The position numbers and the translations under genes were made by a program. Below are positions 52,800 through 64,000 of a stretch of 64,000 bases of DNA, in pieces. Within the stretch, counting starts at the first letter, position 1. Each line of letters opens with the position of its first letter. This stretch comes from Takakia lepidozioides (taxonomy: Eukaryota > Plantae > Bryophyta). Under the pieces are notes generated by a model that saw nothing but the letters and a program-made list of their open reading frames with translations, searched no databases and was not told where the DNA came from. The DNA is taken from positions 20,026,001 through 20,090,000 of the forward strand of contig CM060732.1 of NCBI GenBank assembly GCA_030704615.1, given 5' to 3'.

Positions 52800-55211
52800 T
52801 CAGAAAATGGGGGGCCGTCCGGATGATGTCGGCTGAAGGGGAGAAGCCGGCACCGTGCCGTCACATTACTACCCCCGAATGGAAATTCGGCACCCAATAC
52901 CCAACAGGGGCCGCACGGATGAAGTCGTCTGGGGCAGAGATGCCGGCACCTGTCCGACAAAAAACATCCCCCAGATGGAAATTCAGCGCCGAATTTCCAT
53001 TCGGATCCACCCAAAGGAAGTCCTGTCGGGGGGTCAGGCCGAAAACTGGCCGACCTAAAAACCTCCGCGGATGGAAAAACGGCGCCGAATTTCCATCCGA
53101 GGCCTTTCGGATGCAGTCGGCTCGGGGGAAAGGCCGCCATCTGGCCCTCACATTACAACCCCCGGACGGAAATTCGGCACTGAATATACAACAGGGAAGC
53201 CCGGATGAAGTCGCCTCGGGCGCAGAGGCCGGCGCGTGTGCGACAGAGAACATCCCCTGGATGGACATTCGGCGCCGAATTTCCATCCGGGCCCCCCCAA
53301 AGGAAGTCGTGTCGGGGGTTAGGCCGAAAACTGGCCGGCATAAAAACATCCCCAGATGGAAAAACGGCGCCGAATTTCCATTCGGGAGGGTTCGGATGCA
53401 GTCGGGGAGGGGGGAGAGGCCGGCACCTGGCCGTCACATTTCAACCCCCGGATGGAAATTCGGCACCGAATATCCAACAGGGGACGCTCGGATGAAGTCG
53501 CCTCGGGCGTAGAGGCTGGCACGTGTTCGACAGAGAGCATCCCCTATATGGAGATTCGGCGCCGAATTTCCATCCGGGCCCCCCCAAAGGAAGTCGTGTC
53601 GGGGGGTCAGGCCGAAAACTGGCCGACATAAAAACCTCCCCAGATGGAAAAACGGCGCCGAATTTCCATCAGGGGCCGTTCCAATGCAGTTAGGGAGGGG
53701 GGAGAGGCCGGCACCTGGCCGTCATATTTCAACCCCCGGACGGAAATTCGGCACCGAATATCCAACAGAGCGGCGGAGAGGCCGGCACCTCTCCGACAGA
53801 GACCATCCCCCGGATGGAAATTCGGCGCCGAATTTCCATCGGGGCCCCCTCAAAGGAAGTCGTAAAAACCTCCCAGAATGGAAAAACGGCGCCGAATTTC
53901 CGTCCGAGGCTGTTCCGATTTGCCTCTAGCAGTCAAGGATTCCAAGAAAAACGTGTCTACAAGTGCACTTCAGCCACAAAACAAACAGTTAGGTTTGTTA
54001 TTCTCCGAAAAATCAATCGGACACGCTCAGAATTACCTGCAGGAAGGTAATTCAGCGCTTCGAAATACCTGGCGAATGGAAATTCGGCGCCGAATATCCA
54101 TATGCCAGCGATCCGACTTACCTGCTGGATGGAAATTCGGCGCCGGATTTCCATCCATCCGGGATTCGAGTTACCTGCAGGATGGAAATTCGGCGCCGGA
54201 TCTCCATCCATCTGCTCTCCGACCAACCTTGCGGATGGAAATCCGGCGCCGGATTTCCATCCATCCGCCTCCGAATTACCTGCTTGAGGGAAATTTCGCG
54301 CGCTGCCCTACCTGTGCGGATGGAAATCCGGCGCCGGATTTCCATCCATCCGCTTCGGAATTACCTGCGTGAGGGAAATTTCGCGCGCCGACCTACCTGC
54401 GCGGATGGAAATCCGGCGCCGGATTTCCATTCATCCACTTCAGAATTACCTGCGTGAGGGAAATTTCGCGCGCCGCCCTACCGAATTTGCAGCGCCGACT
54501 TACCTGGAGGATGGAAATCCGGCGCCGGATTTCCATCCATCCGCGCTCCGAATTACCTGCATGATGGAAATTTTGCGCGCGACCTACATGGCGGATGGAA
54601 ATCCGGCGCCGGATTTCCATCCATCCGCTCTTCGAATTACCTGCATGATGGAAATTTTGCGCGCCGACTTTCCTGAAGGATGAAAATCCGTCGCCGGATT
54701 TCCATCCATCCGCGCTCCGAATTACCTGCATGACGGAAATTTTATACCTGGCGGATGGAAATCATGCGCCGGATTTCCGTCCATCCGCTCACAAATAACC
54801 TTCATAACAGAAATTTGCAGCGCCGACTTACCTGGAGGATGGAAATCCGGTGCCGGATTTTCATCCATCCGCTCTTCGAATTACCTGCATGACGGAAATT
54901 TTGCGCGCCGACTTACTTGGCGGATGGAAATCCGGCGCCGGATTTCCATCCATCCGCTCTTCGAATTACCTGCATGACTGGAAAAATGGCGCCGAATTTC
55001 TGATTTTGGTGCCAGTCAGATCTGGGACTTAGCCATTTTCGGCCCCGAACTGGAAAAATGGCGCCATTTTTCCAGTTCGGGGCCGAAAATGGCTAAGTCC
55101 CAGATCTGACTGGCACCAAAATCAGAAATTCGGCGCCATTTTTCCAGTTCTGGCCCAGTCAGATCTGGGACTTAGCCATTTTCGGCCCTGAACTGGAAAA
55201 ATGGCGCCGAG

Positions 55212-55254
<43 letters not shown>

Positions 55255-55860
55255 GCCATTTTTCTTGTCCGGGGCCGAAAACGGCTAAGTCCCAGATCTG
55301 ACTGGCACCCAAAATCGGAAATTTGGCGCCATTTTTCCAGTTCTGAGCCCAGTCAGATCTGGGACTTAGCCATTTTCGGGCCCGAACTGGAAAAATGGCG
55401 CCATTTTTCCAGTTCGGGCCCGAAAATGGCTAAGTCCCTAGGGTGGCTGGCACCAAAATCGGAAATTTGCCGCCATTTTTCCAGTTCCGGGCCCAGTCAG
55501 ATCTGGGACTTTGCCATTTTCGGCCCCGAACTGGAAAAATGGCACCGAAAAATAAAAATAAAAAATGCCATTTTCCCAGTTCAGGGCCGAAAATGGCTAA
55601 GTCCCAGATCTGACTGGCACCAAAATCGGTAATTCGGCGCCATTTTTCCAGTTCCGGGCCCAGTCAGATCTGGGACTTAGCCATTTTCAGCCCCAAAATG
55701 GAAAAATGGCGCCATTTTTCCAGTTCAGGGCCCCAAAAATGGCTAAGTCCCTAGGGTGGCTGGAACTGCAACCGGAAATTCGGCGCCATTTTTCTAGTTC
55801 CGCGCCCAGTCAGTTCTGGGACTTAGCCATTTTCGGGCCCAACCTAGGAAAATGGTGGCG
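52800..55860. repeat. Three tandem arrays built on the palindrome GGAAAWTCGGCGCCGAATTTCC
   Basis: ~286-bp units (52800-53910; GAAAACTGGCCG at 53041, 53326, 53614), ~30-90-bp units (54030-54976), and alternating-orientation units (54977-55860) with a poly-A tract at about 55212-55253. Confidence 0.92.
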
Positions 55861-56003
55861 AAAATGGTTTACGAGTGAGTGGTCGCATTGTAAGTTGCAT
55901 CCTAATTTTGTGAGGCACCTCCCCTCGCTCTTTTATTTAATTGAAAGACCGTTTCTGCTTCTGCTGGTATTGACATTCTTCAAGTGGATTTGTTCTTACT
56001 GTA

Positions 56004-56444
56004 GGAGGGACGTCTACACCGCAGTTCATGGGCAGGAGGAACGTGCATTTTTTTGCCAAGGGGGATTTCATGCCTAGTCCAGAAAGAGACTACATCCTTC
56101 CTACTTATGTTGCCCGGCTTGCTTCGGTGTCCATTAGGAGGTGTTCCGAACCTAGTCGTGCACAGCAGATTTTAGACGAGGCAAGCCTCAAGAAAATGAA
56201 GATGAGGGAGGAGGCAGCAGCTATTAGAGCCCGTCAGGCTCGTAGATTTGTCTTGGATTCAGCTGAGGAAAGTGGGGGAGAAGATGCAGAAGATTCCCAG
56301 GAGGTGAGGTGGACAGTCCCCCAAGAGGACGGGATTTTTGAGAGGCATAGTGGAACTGATGCATCACAGAGCTCGGAGGATGAGGGGGATGAGGGGGATG
56401 AGGAAGAAGGTGGGGCAAGTTCCTCGGAGGGTGTAGGAGAGTAG
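56004..56444 (+). CDS. Acidic ORF or exon of unknown function, divergent from the Y GCM ORF
   Basis: Open frame after a TGTAG acceptor with a D/E-rich tail; position analogous to cargo exon 1 of X. Confidence 0.35.
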   Translation, partial: GGTSTPQFMGRRNVHFFAKGDFMPSPERDYILPTYVARLASVSIRRCSEPSRAQQILDEASLKKMKMREEAAAIRARQARRFVLDSAEESGGEDAEDSQEVRWTVPQEDGIFERHSGTDASQSSEDEGDEGDEEEGGASSSEGVGE

Positions 56445-57939
56445 TGCCCATTCCGGCTATGACAGTTAGAACACACTTGTATAGACGTGGCTTGCCACAA
56501 AATTTGCAATAAAATGTTGCATTTCAAGTCCACTGGTGCCACATTCCAACTTCACATGACCCTATTTCCGTGCCTCCTAACCCTATTTCCGTGGACTCAC
56601 AATGGTCTGCTCATGTTTTTTTGTTTTTTTTCCGCTCATGCTCATGCCGCTCATGATATAGCAGCCCCCGCACGCAAGACCGAGGAGGACTGGAAAGAAG
56701 TCCAAATAGGTGTGATAGCCCTGGAGGGTAAGTGGAAGCACGCGGACTCCTGCACATGTCGACAAAAACCCATTTTGAACACAATGATGCAATGCACAAG
56801 TCCAACGAAGAGGATGTCTCCCATGTGAACTTTGCCTCAAGAACAGTGATTCTCGTCCTGCACGGATGAAAAATCGGGCAAGAGCCCTAGGGTGGCTCTC
56901 CCGCCGTCAGAAGCACTGCTCGTGCTTCTGAGCTCGCGGGATGAGTGTTATGGCGTCTACGTTTTGTTGCTACCCTGTTTGCTGCATCGTACCCATGCTG
57001 GACGATCTCCTGGGGATGCGCAATGGCGGCGCTTTGTCTCTTCTCACAGGCGGGAGACAATGCTGTGAATGCATCGTCTCTTTCCCTCCTCTGGCTTTTA
57101 ATTCTTGCAGCGGTGCTTGTGTGGGGAAGTATCTCTCTCTCTCCCTTCTTAAACCTAGCAAGTGTGTTTGTATGCTTCACTTCTCATTTGCTTTGCTGGT
57201 GGTGATGGCACACAGTTCTCTTCCCCAATCGCTTAAGGTGCTTTTGGTGATTAGGGTTCCTTTTGCTTTATGTCTTTCTCTCTTGCTTTTGAGGTTCTTA
57301 GTTGACATCGATGACAAGTGGAGGGGTCTGTGATTCACCTGGGGCTCCACAATCCTCACTAACCTGTTGTCTTTTGTACGGGCTTGTGATGGGACCAGGT
57401 GAGGATCCCTACTTGCTTTGAATTCTCTTGAGCTTGCAGATAAGGATGTGGGCAAAAGGAACCTAGTGTGTATGACATCTTGACTTGGCTGCTGCCTGCA
57501 GCCTCGATTTCGGCCCGCTTGCTCCTAGTTTGGCATGCTGATGCTTACTTTTGACTTATGTTTTGCTGCCTTTGATGGAGCACTTCGGCCTGACAAGCTT
57601 GTCTCTTGAAGCCCAACATCTGGACCTTACCTTGTCTTGAATCTTTGACAACATTGCCTGTGGATTATTAAGCTAGGTACTGTTTTGGCCTTAAAGTGGA
57701 GTTATGGTTTATGGGTAAGGCATCAATGGTTGTTTGGTTCTAAGGAAGAGGAGGCCCTGTTTTTAAATATGGCAGCCTGATAAGGCAATGACAGGCCTCT
57801 TTTAGGCCTGGATTTGGTGTGGAATGGAGCATAATGAGGTTTTATTTGCAAAACCTGGCATAAACCTCCTGGAAAACAGTGTTGGTAAGCTCTACTGGAC
57901 CTTTGCCAGAGATTATTTGCTTTATTTTGCCATCAGACT

Positions 57940-58480
57940 AGGCACCTGCAATGTATGATTTATTTTTTGGCCAAGTGGGCTTGGTCTTGGGCACTCAAAG
58001 TGTTTGTGTATCCATATCTTGAATCTGTAACATGGCAGGCATTTCTTCCATGCCAAAACGCCTTACATGATGCATGTCTTGGGGCAATTATACATGGTGT
58101 AGAATGAAGTTGCAGTCTGTCTTGTCATGCCCAAGTGGGTCACTTGGTTGCATGTTTGGAATCTAATAAACTTCAGGCTGGTCCATCAAGATGCTTGTGT
58201 ATACATGTCTTGAATCTGTAGTATGGCAGGCTGTTCTTACCTACCCAAGAGGCCTTGCATGATGCATGTCTTGGGATATTTACAAATGACAAAGAGTGAA
58301 GCTGCAATATGTTTTGTCATGCCCAAGAAGTTTACTTGGTTGCATGCTTGAAATCTGATTAATTGCAAGCTGGTCCTTCAAGGTACTTGTATGAACATAT
58401 CCTGAATCTGTAGTAGAACAGGCTGTTCTTACCTACCCAAGGAGCCTTGCATGGTGCATGCCTTGGGTTACTTACAGGAA
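57940..58480. repeat. Diverged ~190-bp tandem repeat x 3
   Basis: TGAATCTGTA..CAGGC at about 58020, 58211 and 58403. Confidence 0.75.
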
Positions 58481-59014
58481 TTTGAACATGAATAAACCCC
58501 GCCCTCCCACCCTGTTTTATCATGATTGAATGGGTGTTATCACTTGGTCTACTATGACAAGACTGGAAGTGTTAGATGGTGCCCTGTTTATGGGCTGTTT
58601 ATGTCTTTAATTGACAATGACCCTAGTGGGTCTTGCCCATGTCTTGACATGACATGAGTATCTTCCCTCTCTCTCTCTCTTTTCCCTCATCTCTCCCTCT
58701 GTCCCATGAAGATGTGGAGACCCCCCCCCCCACCTTCTTGTTTATTTATTTTCCCTCATCTCTCCCTCTCTCTCCCTCTGTCCCATCAGGATGTGGAGAG
58801 AGAGAAAGGAAGTGTTGAGGGAAAAAAAAAAATGAAGGTGGGGAGGGGGAGTGACTGAGCAGCTGCTCCCCCCTACTTCTTTTTTTATTTTCTTGGCCCT
58901 ATCTATCCCTCTCCCTCCCTCTCCCTCGCTCTCCCTCTCTCTCTTTCTCCTTTGTGCAGGTCCCAAAAAAAAAGATAAATCTCTCCCTCTCTTTCTCTCT
59001 CTTTCTCTCTCTCC

Positions 59015-59160
59015 ATGAAATTGAAACTGAAGAACACTTCTTCTATTGTCCTATATACTATGAGATCCGTGGGGATTCCACTGTCTACTCCGTGGAACCC
59101 AAACTCTCACTGAAATCTCTCACTATGAAGATCAGAAATGCATGGCTGCTTACCTGCAGT
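59015..59160 (+). mobile_element. Family 2 LINE fragment
   Basis: ETEEHFFYCPIYYEIRG; matches the reverse complement of 9870-10005. Confidence 0.75.
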
Positions 59161-62100
59161 TGGGTGCCTCACGCAGCAGCTCCTTCACGCTGGCGTTCCG
59201 CCACCAGGTCGCGTGGGCGCACTCCTTTGCTCAAACAACCCAAAAAAAAAAAAAAAAAAAAACGAGGGAGAGAATGAGGGAGAAGGATAAGGGCGAGAGG
59301 GTGATTGCAGCCTACAGTGTCCATTTTTTGCTGTCACAACACTGTTTTTTCCAGACATAGAATAGTGGTAAATTATCATACTACTACATGACAATGCCAT
59401 CATAAAAAGGGACTCATATATAGAGGCTCATCTACATATACTTTCACACTTTTAAATCTCATTATCAAAAACCAGAATCTCTAGATGTTATGGACTTTTA
59501 AAAAGTCCATAAAGAATTGTCACAGTCCATGAAAAAAGACGTTATGACTTTTTTAATATAGGAGTTAGAACAAAGTCAAGAAAAGGGACTCTCTCAACCT
59601 TGCTTTGGAGAATGAGGAATCTGGAATGAAAACTATCATTCAAAAATATGAAGTTAAAAAAATATTATGTACTATATTGAGCCTCAAAAATAGCTATTTT
59701 CATAAAGTCCTTTATGACTAAATTCTTTTGAAATAACAAAACTTTTTTCATTAGATGCATTCATTCACCATAAATGCAGAGTTGATTATGATCAAATTTC
59801 AAAAAAACATTTGTGAATTGATATTATCGCAATTTGAAAATTTTGGTTTTAATAGTCAATAATAGACGGTCAAGATTGTTAGTTGAAGCAAATCCGATGG
59901 TTGAGGATTCACCACATCATCCTTTATGTACTCTTTATGTACTCATGATGTGCCGTTTTTGGTCCACTCTAGTTTGCAATCACCCGAGAGGGAGAGGGAG
60001 AGTGAGAGGTAAGAGGGAGAATGAGAGAGAAAGAAAGAGAGGGAGGGCAGCTCCCTCACGCGGCAGCTCCTTCACGCTGGCGGTCCCTCCCGCGGCGCAT
60101 TCAGCTGGCGCTCCACCAGCAGGTCACGGGGGCGCACTCTCAGCTCGCTCAAACAGCGAAAAAAAAAAAAAAAAAAAAAAAGAGGAGAGAGAGAGCAAGA
60201 GAGAGAGAGTGAGGGAGAGGGCGCGCGCGGGTTTGAACGCCATGGCGCGTCGGTGCTGCGTCACCGCCGCCGGAAAAACGCTCCGGCGCGCGGGGGTAGT
60301 TGCGCCCGGGAGAGCTCGAGAGCAACAAAAATCAAAGTAGGGATGGAGGGAGGGGAGCGAGGAAGAGTGAGAGGAGGAGGGTGCGGGAGAGAGAGATCAG
60401 ATAGAGAGATTGAGAGGGGAGTGAGAGGCGGTTGGTGCAGCCGCGGCGCGCCAGTGTGGCGACCCCACCGGAAACCTCGGCGGTGATCAGGCGCCTTCGC
60501 GAAGGGGAGAGAGAAGGGGAGAGGAGGGCGGCCACCTTGGCAGGAGGAGGATCCGCTGCGACGTTGGGGAATCGCACGGGCATCGCTGCCTCAGGGGACG
60601 TCGCACGGCAGTCGCAGTGGAGACGCAGATCTGGCGCAGAGGTGAATTGAAGAGGCCTCTCATTTTTATTTTTGTTTTTTTTTGTTGTTTTTTTGGTTTA
60701 TTGGGGGTTTTGCAAGGATCATTTGGGTTTTTTGGGTCTTTGGCTCTTAGGGTTTTAGGGTTACATAGTTTAGTTTAGGGGTTTAGTTATAATATAGTTA
60801 GTTAGGATGTCCTGCAATGCAGTTTGGTTTTTAGGGGTTTTATTTTTTTGTGGGGTGGGGACATATGGCTTTACTCGTTTGTAGGGTTCTTTTTTCAAGT
60901 TTTTCCAAGGGTTTGGAGTGTAGTTCTTCTGGAGGTTAAGTGGGGTCACAATACGTACTCTACCTCTCTCTTGTGTTAGGTCCTGCTGCGGTGTTTATCA
61001 ATGTGTCACGCTTGAGGATTCGTGTCGGCTGGGCCAACCACCTGCTGAGGGCGAGACAACACGTTCGCCTCGTCTACGAGTTAGGCGCGGCAAGTTAGGC
61101 GGCATCGCCATGTCCGCACCGTAGCTTTGCCCCCACGGCCACTACCCCGAGGTCGTAGGCCGCCGAGTCCAAGGCACAAGCCCGGGGAGAACCTTGCCGG
61201 GACCCACGCCTCCCCAAGATTGAGTGTTGGTGCAGTTGGTGTTGGGCACGACTACCGGTTGGAGGACACACCGATTGATGCGGCGACCCCATGTTGTGCA
61301 AAAAATTACCCAATACGAGATTGCTGATTTAGCAAAGGTAAGTCATCCATATATCTTCTCAAGTACTCCTCAATTAAAAGTTCTATATCTAATAAAACCT
61401 TACGTTTGTGAATTTAGTATTGATGCATTTCATATCATGCATCGTTGCCATGCACGCTCGTCTTGATGTCCAAGCTCGCAATTTTTTGCTAAGAGGGCAT
61501 ACACGATGCGGGGTTTCTTCCTTCTTACACAAGCCCCCAGCCCCGTTCCGGATGTGAACATTTTTTTCCTCGCAACATGACGTAGATGCAGTTTGTGAGG
61601 TAGCAGGGTACGATGCGTGTTTTTTCTATTTTTGTTTGGCACCAGGCTAGGCGCTCGTCACCTACGCACACACATTTCGTCATCCTCGACATCGTACCCC
61701 ACCCTCATATCATCACCATCATCTGCATCGTCCGCTTCCTCCTATTGTAGATGGTCTTTCCTCATCACATTGCCATCCGAGGTCCCATCAACACCGACCG
61801 GCTACGTGTCCCTTCCCCTCCATTGCGAGGCCACAACCGCCCCGAGTCGGAGTTCGACATCCTCGAACATCGGCACCCCCCATCATCACCATCATCCGCA
61901 TCGTCCGTTTCTCATATATACATGTTCTTTTCCTCATCACCATCGCCATCCCCGCCATCTCGGCCATATTACCTCACGCGAGATCCCTCATACCAACCTA
62001 TGTGTCCTTCCCCCCCATTGTCGAGACCACAGCCGCCACCAACGCGCCGTATCCGGGTCCTCCGGCAGAACCCGGAATAGATCCCACCACCACCTTGGGG

Positions 62101-62384
62101 ACTGTGTATGATTGGGACCGATGATCACTAGGTTCCCACTACCGGGAGAAGGGCCCCCAAGTGATGGACGGCGCTGCCCCCCTTAGAGAGGTGGACCGAA
62201 AGTTGTTTCGCACGGTTGGTCCTCGCCTTCGCCGGCCAGTGACGGCACCATACGTCATCGTGGTGCTAGGGAGCTATTCACGATGGAGTCCACCCCATTT
62301 CTACCAATGTCTTGTTCCTTTCCAGTTCCGATTCCGGTGAGCCCTTTCTTTTTGGGGTCGCATGTATTGCGTGATGGAGGCAAT

Positions 62385-62823
62385 GGACCATAGTATGGGT
62401 TGCGGACTTTTTTTTGATGGAGGATGTAGTTTTGGGGAGGAGAAAGGATTCTGTGATTTGTTCCGCTATTTTGGGCCGAGGTACACCCCGGGAGTGGCAT
62501 TATTGCGACGACAACGGCCTTGGGGTCCTTGATCCATCCTTACATCCTTGTTGTGAACGACCATGCTGTAAGGTGAGAAATTTGGGCCGCAAAGCCCATA
62601 TTATTGTGACGAAACCCTGATGTGTACGGCAACGTGACTGGGCTCATCAACAGTTCAGTTACCTTACCGCCCGGGCCCACCAGCCACGTGTTTTTTTGGG
62701 ATGAGCGCCATGACAGGGATAGTAGATTGGATCCTAACATCACCACTTTTAGTGATGACATGTGCCAGGAGGACTATTAAGGCTGGAGATGAGTTGTTTG
62801 CAGAGTATGACTTTAGGCTTTAG
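62385..62823 (+). pseudogene. Decayed SET domain
   Basis: MGCGLF.MEDV..G..RYFG, then YGNVTGLINSS, then CARRTIKAGDELFAEYDF*, matching SET motifs GxGLF, GNxxRFINHS and AxRDIxxGEELxxDY; frameshifted. Confidence 0.7.
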
Positions 62824-63279
62824 CCAACTTTCATCATGTGGGGAGATGGACGTAGGAAGACATTTTGTACATTGAGGTGGCTTCCTCCACCATGTATATA
62901 TATACATAGACATTGATGTGGATGCAGTTTTTCATGCTATATCCTCGGAGTTTGGTTGGACGTTATATGTGAATTTGGGTATTTTGAATTATAAGTGTCT
63001 CCTTCATGTGGTGAAGCAATGTATGTATTCCCCTCGGTGTATAATGTGTACTTTGGGTTTTATCCTGTATGATAATGAACAACGTCATGTATAAAAACTG
63101 ATAATGACATGGTTGTTTTTCGCATCTTAGGATGCTGGCCACAACCCACGACATTATTCATGAAGTTCATGATCTTGTCAGACCGGGATTTTTGTTCCTT
63201 CGAGGGGGGTAGTATCAAAGGGACCCGACCCCGTCTGAACTGGCGGTCTCCGATGATGAGGACAACAATGACAATGGAA

Positions 63280-64000
63280 TTATGCATGAGGATGTGGCAG
63301 CAATGGAGGACCTCTTAATGCATCAGATTGTAGATGAGGACACAGACTCCTTGAATGACATGAAAAATAAGCCAAACTCCCTTTATACGAAGGGCCAAGT
63401 GAGTAGACTTCAATTCAACCATCTTGTTTGTTGCTGAATTTGCAAATCCGGTTTGGCATAAGCAATGTGGGTATGTCCGCCATAATGCCGGACTATTGCG
63501 GACTACAATCCTTGCCCCACATTTGAAGCCGAGAATGCCATGCCACGTATCAGAAAAGAGGCAAGAGCAGCCTTGGATGCTGTGGGGATGGGCTATAAAA
63601 TTTTTCATGCATGTCCATGTATAAAAAAAACCCGTACTACGGAGAGGATGCGAAAACTCACCGAGTGTCCAAAGTGCAACAAAGACCGATATCGAGATGA
63701 TGTTCAAGGAAAGAAAGCCCGCGCAAGGTATACCCGCGCCCAATACACTTGTATATTGCATTCTACCCTTTTTGCAACCGCTACAAGACGTAAGGTTTTA
63801 CTTAGAGATATGAATGACCGATTATGATATGGGGCCGACATGGGGATGGTGGCAAAAAATGCACTACTTTCCAATCATCCCGCGACTGCAGGCACACTAT
63901 CGAAGCCCCTCATTGGCAGAACTGATGAGATGACACGGCCTCGCATCGGAGCCCCCGGGAAAGGTGTGCGGGCCAACAAGATTCACAAGCATGGAGGCAT
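63280..64000 (+). mobile_element. CACTA Tnp2-like transposase N-terminal region, degenerate; runs off the window
   Basis: LLNLQIRFGISN..MPR..EARAALDAVGMGYKIFHACPC..LTECPKCNKDRY, typical of En/Spm transposases. Confidence 0.8.

Larger units (their letters stand above)
50219..56880. mobile_element. Related Mutator-like element Y; right boundary uncertain
   Basis: Starts GGGGGTGCTATTCCGTGAGCCTGG..CGCGAGC, similar to the element X terminus read inward (GGGATGC..GTGAGCCTGG..CGCGAGC); interrupts the X cargo. Confidence 0.7.

Noticed and set aside
52727-55632. Many overlapping ORFs (MEIRRRIS.., poly-Lys)
   Set aside because: Artefacts of GC-rich palindromic repeats and a poly-A tract.
60745-60790. 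TTAGGG/TTTAGGG-like motifs
   Set aside because: Only 2-3 imperfect units in a T/G-rich tract; not an interstitial telomere.

Overview
Eukaryotic DNA, most likely from a non-seed land plant (inferred from a PLS-type PPR remnant plus a BK-type K+ channel). Bases 1-19.4 kb hold a minus-strand, multi-exon Slo/BK-type potassium channel gene. Its introns carry insertions from two non-LTR retrotransposon families, and one RCK1 exon has an in-frame TAG. The rest is a nest of transposons: a PHD-bearing Ty3/Gypsy remnant cut by a CACTA end, a PPR pseudogene, two rearranged copies of a ~11.5 kb Mutator-like element (X), a related element (Y) inserted into X, and a CACTA transposase preceded by a decayed SET domain. 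The main finding is element X. Divergently from a GCM-like/MULE-DDE/SWIM transposase it encodes spliced cargo with a ParB/Srx-like domain (DGNHR) and a beta-class N4/N6 DNA methyltransferase-like domain. Its non-coding regions hold about 15 copies of a 24-bp palindrome, GTGAATGNCG-N4-CGNCATTCAC. Element Y has a similar layout with a different palindrome, GGAAATTCGGCGCCGAATTTCC. I infer a possible ParB/parS-like self-recognition and epigenetic marking system on a plant transposon. All calls were made by eye without database searches, and exon and element boundaries are approximate.
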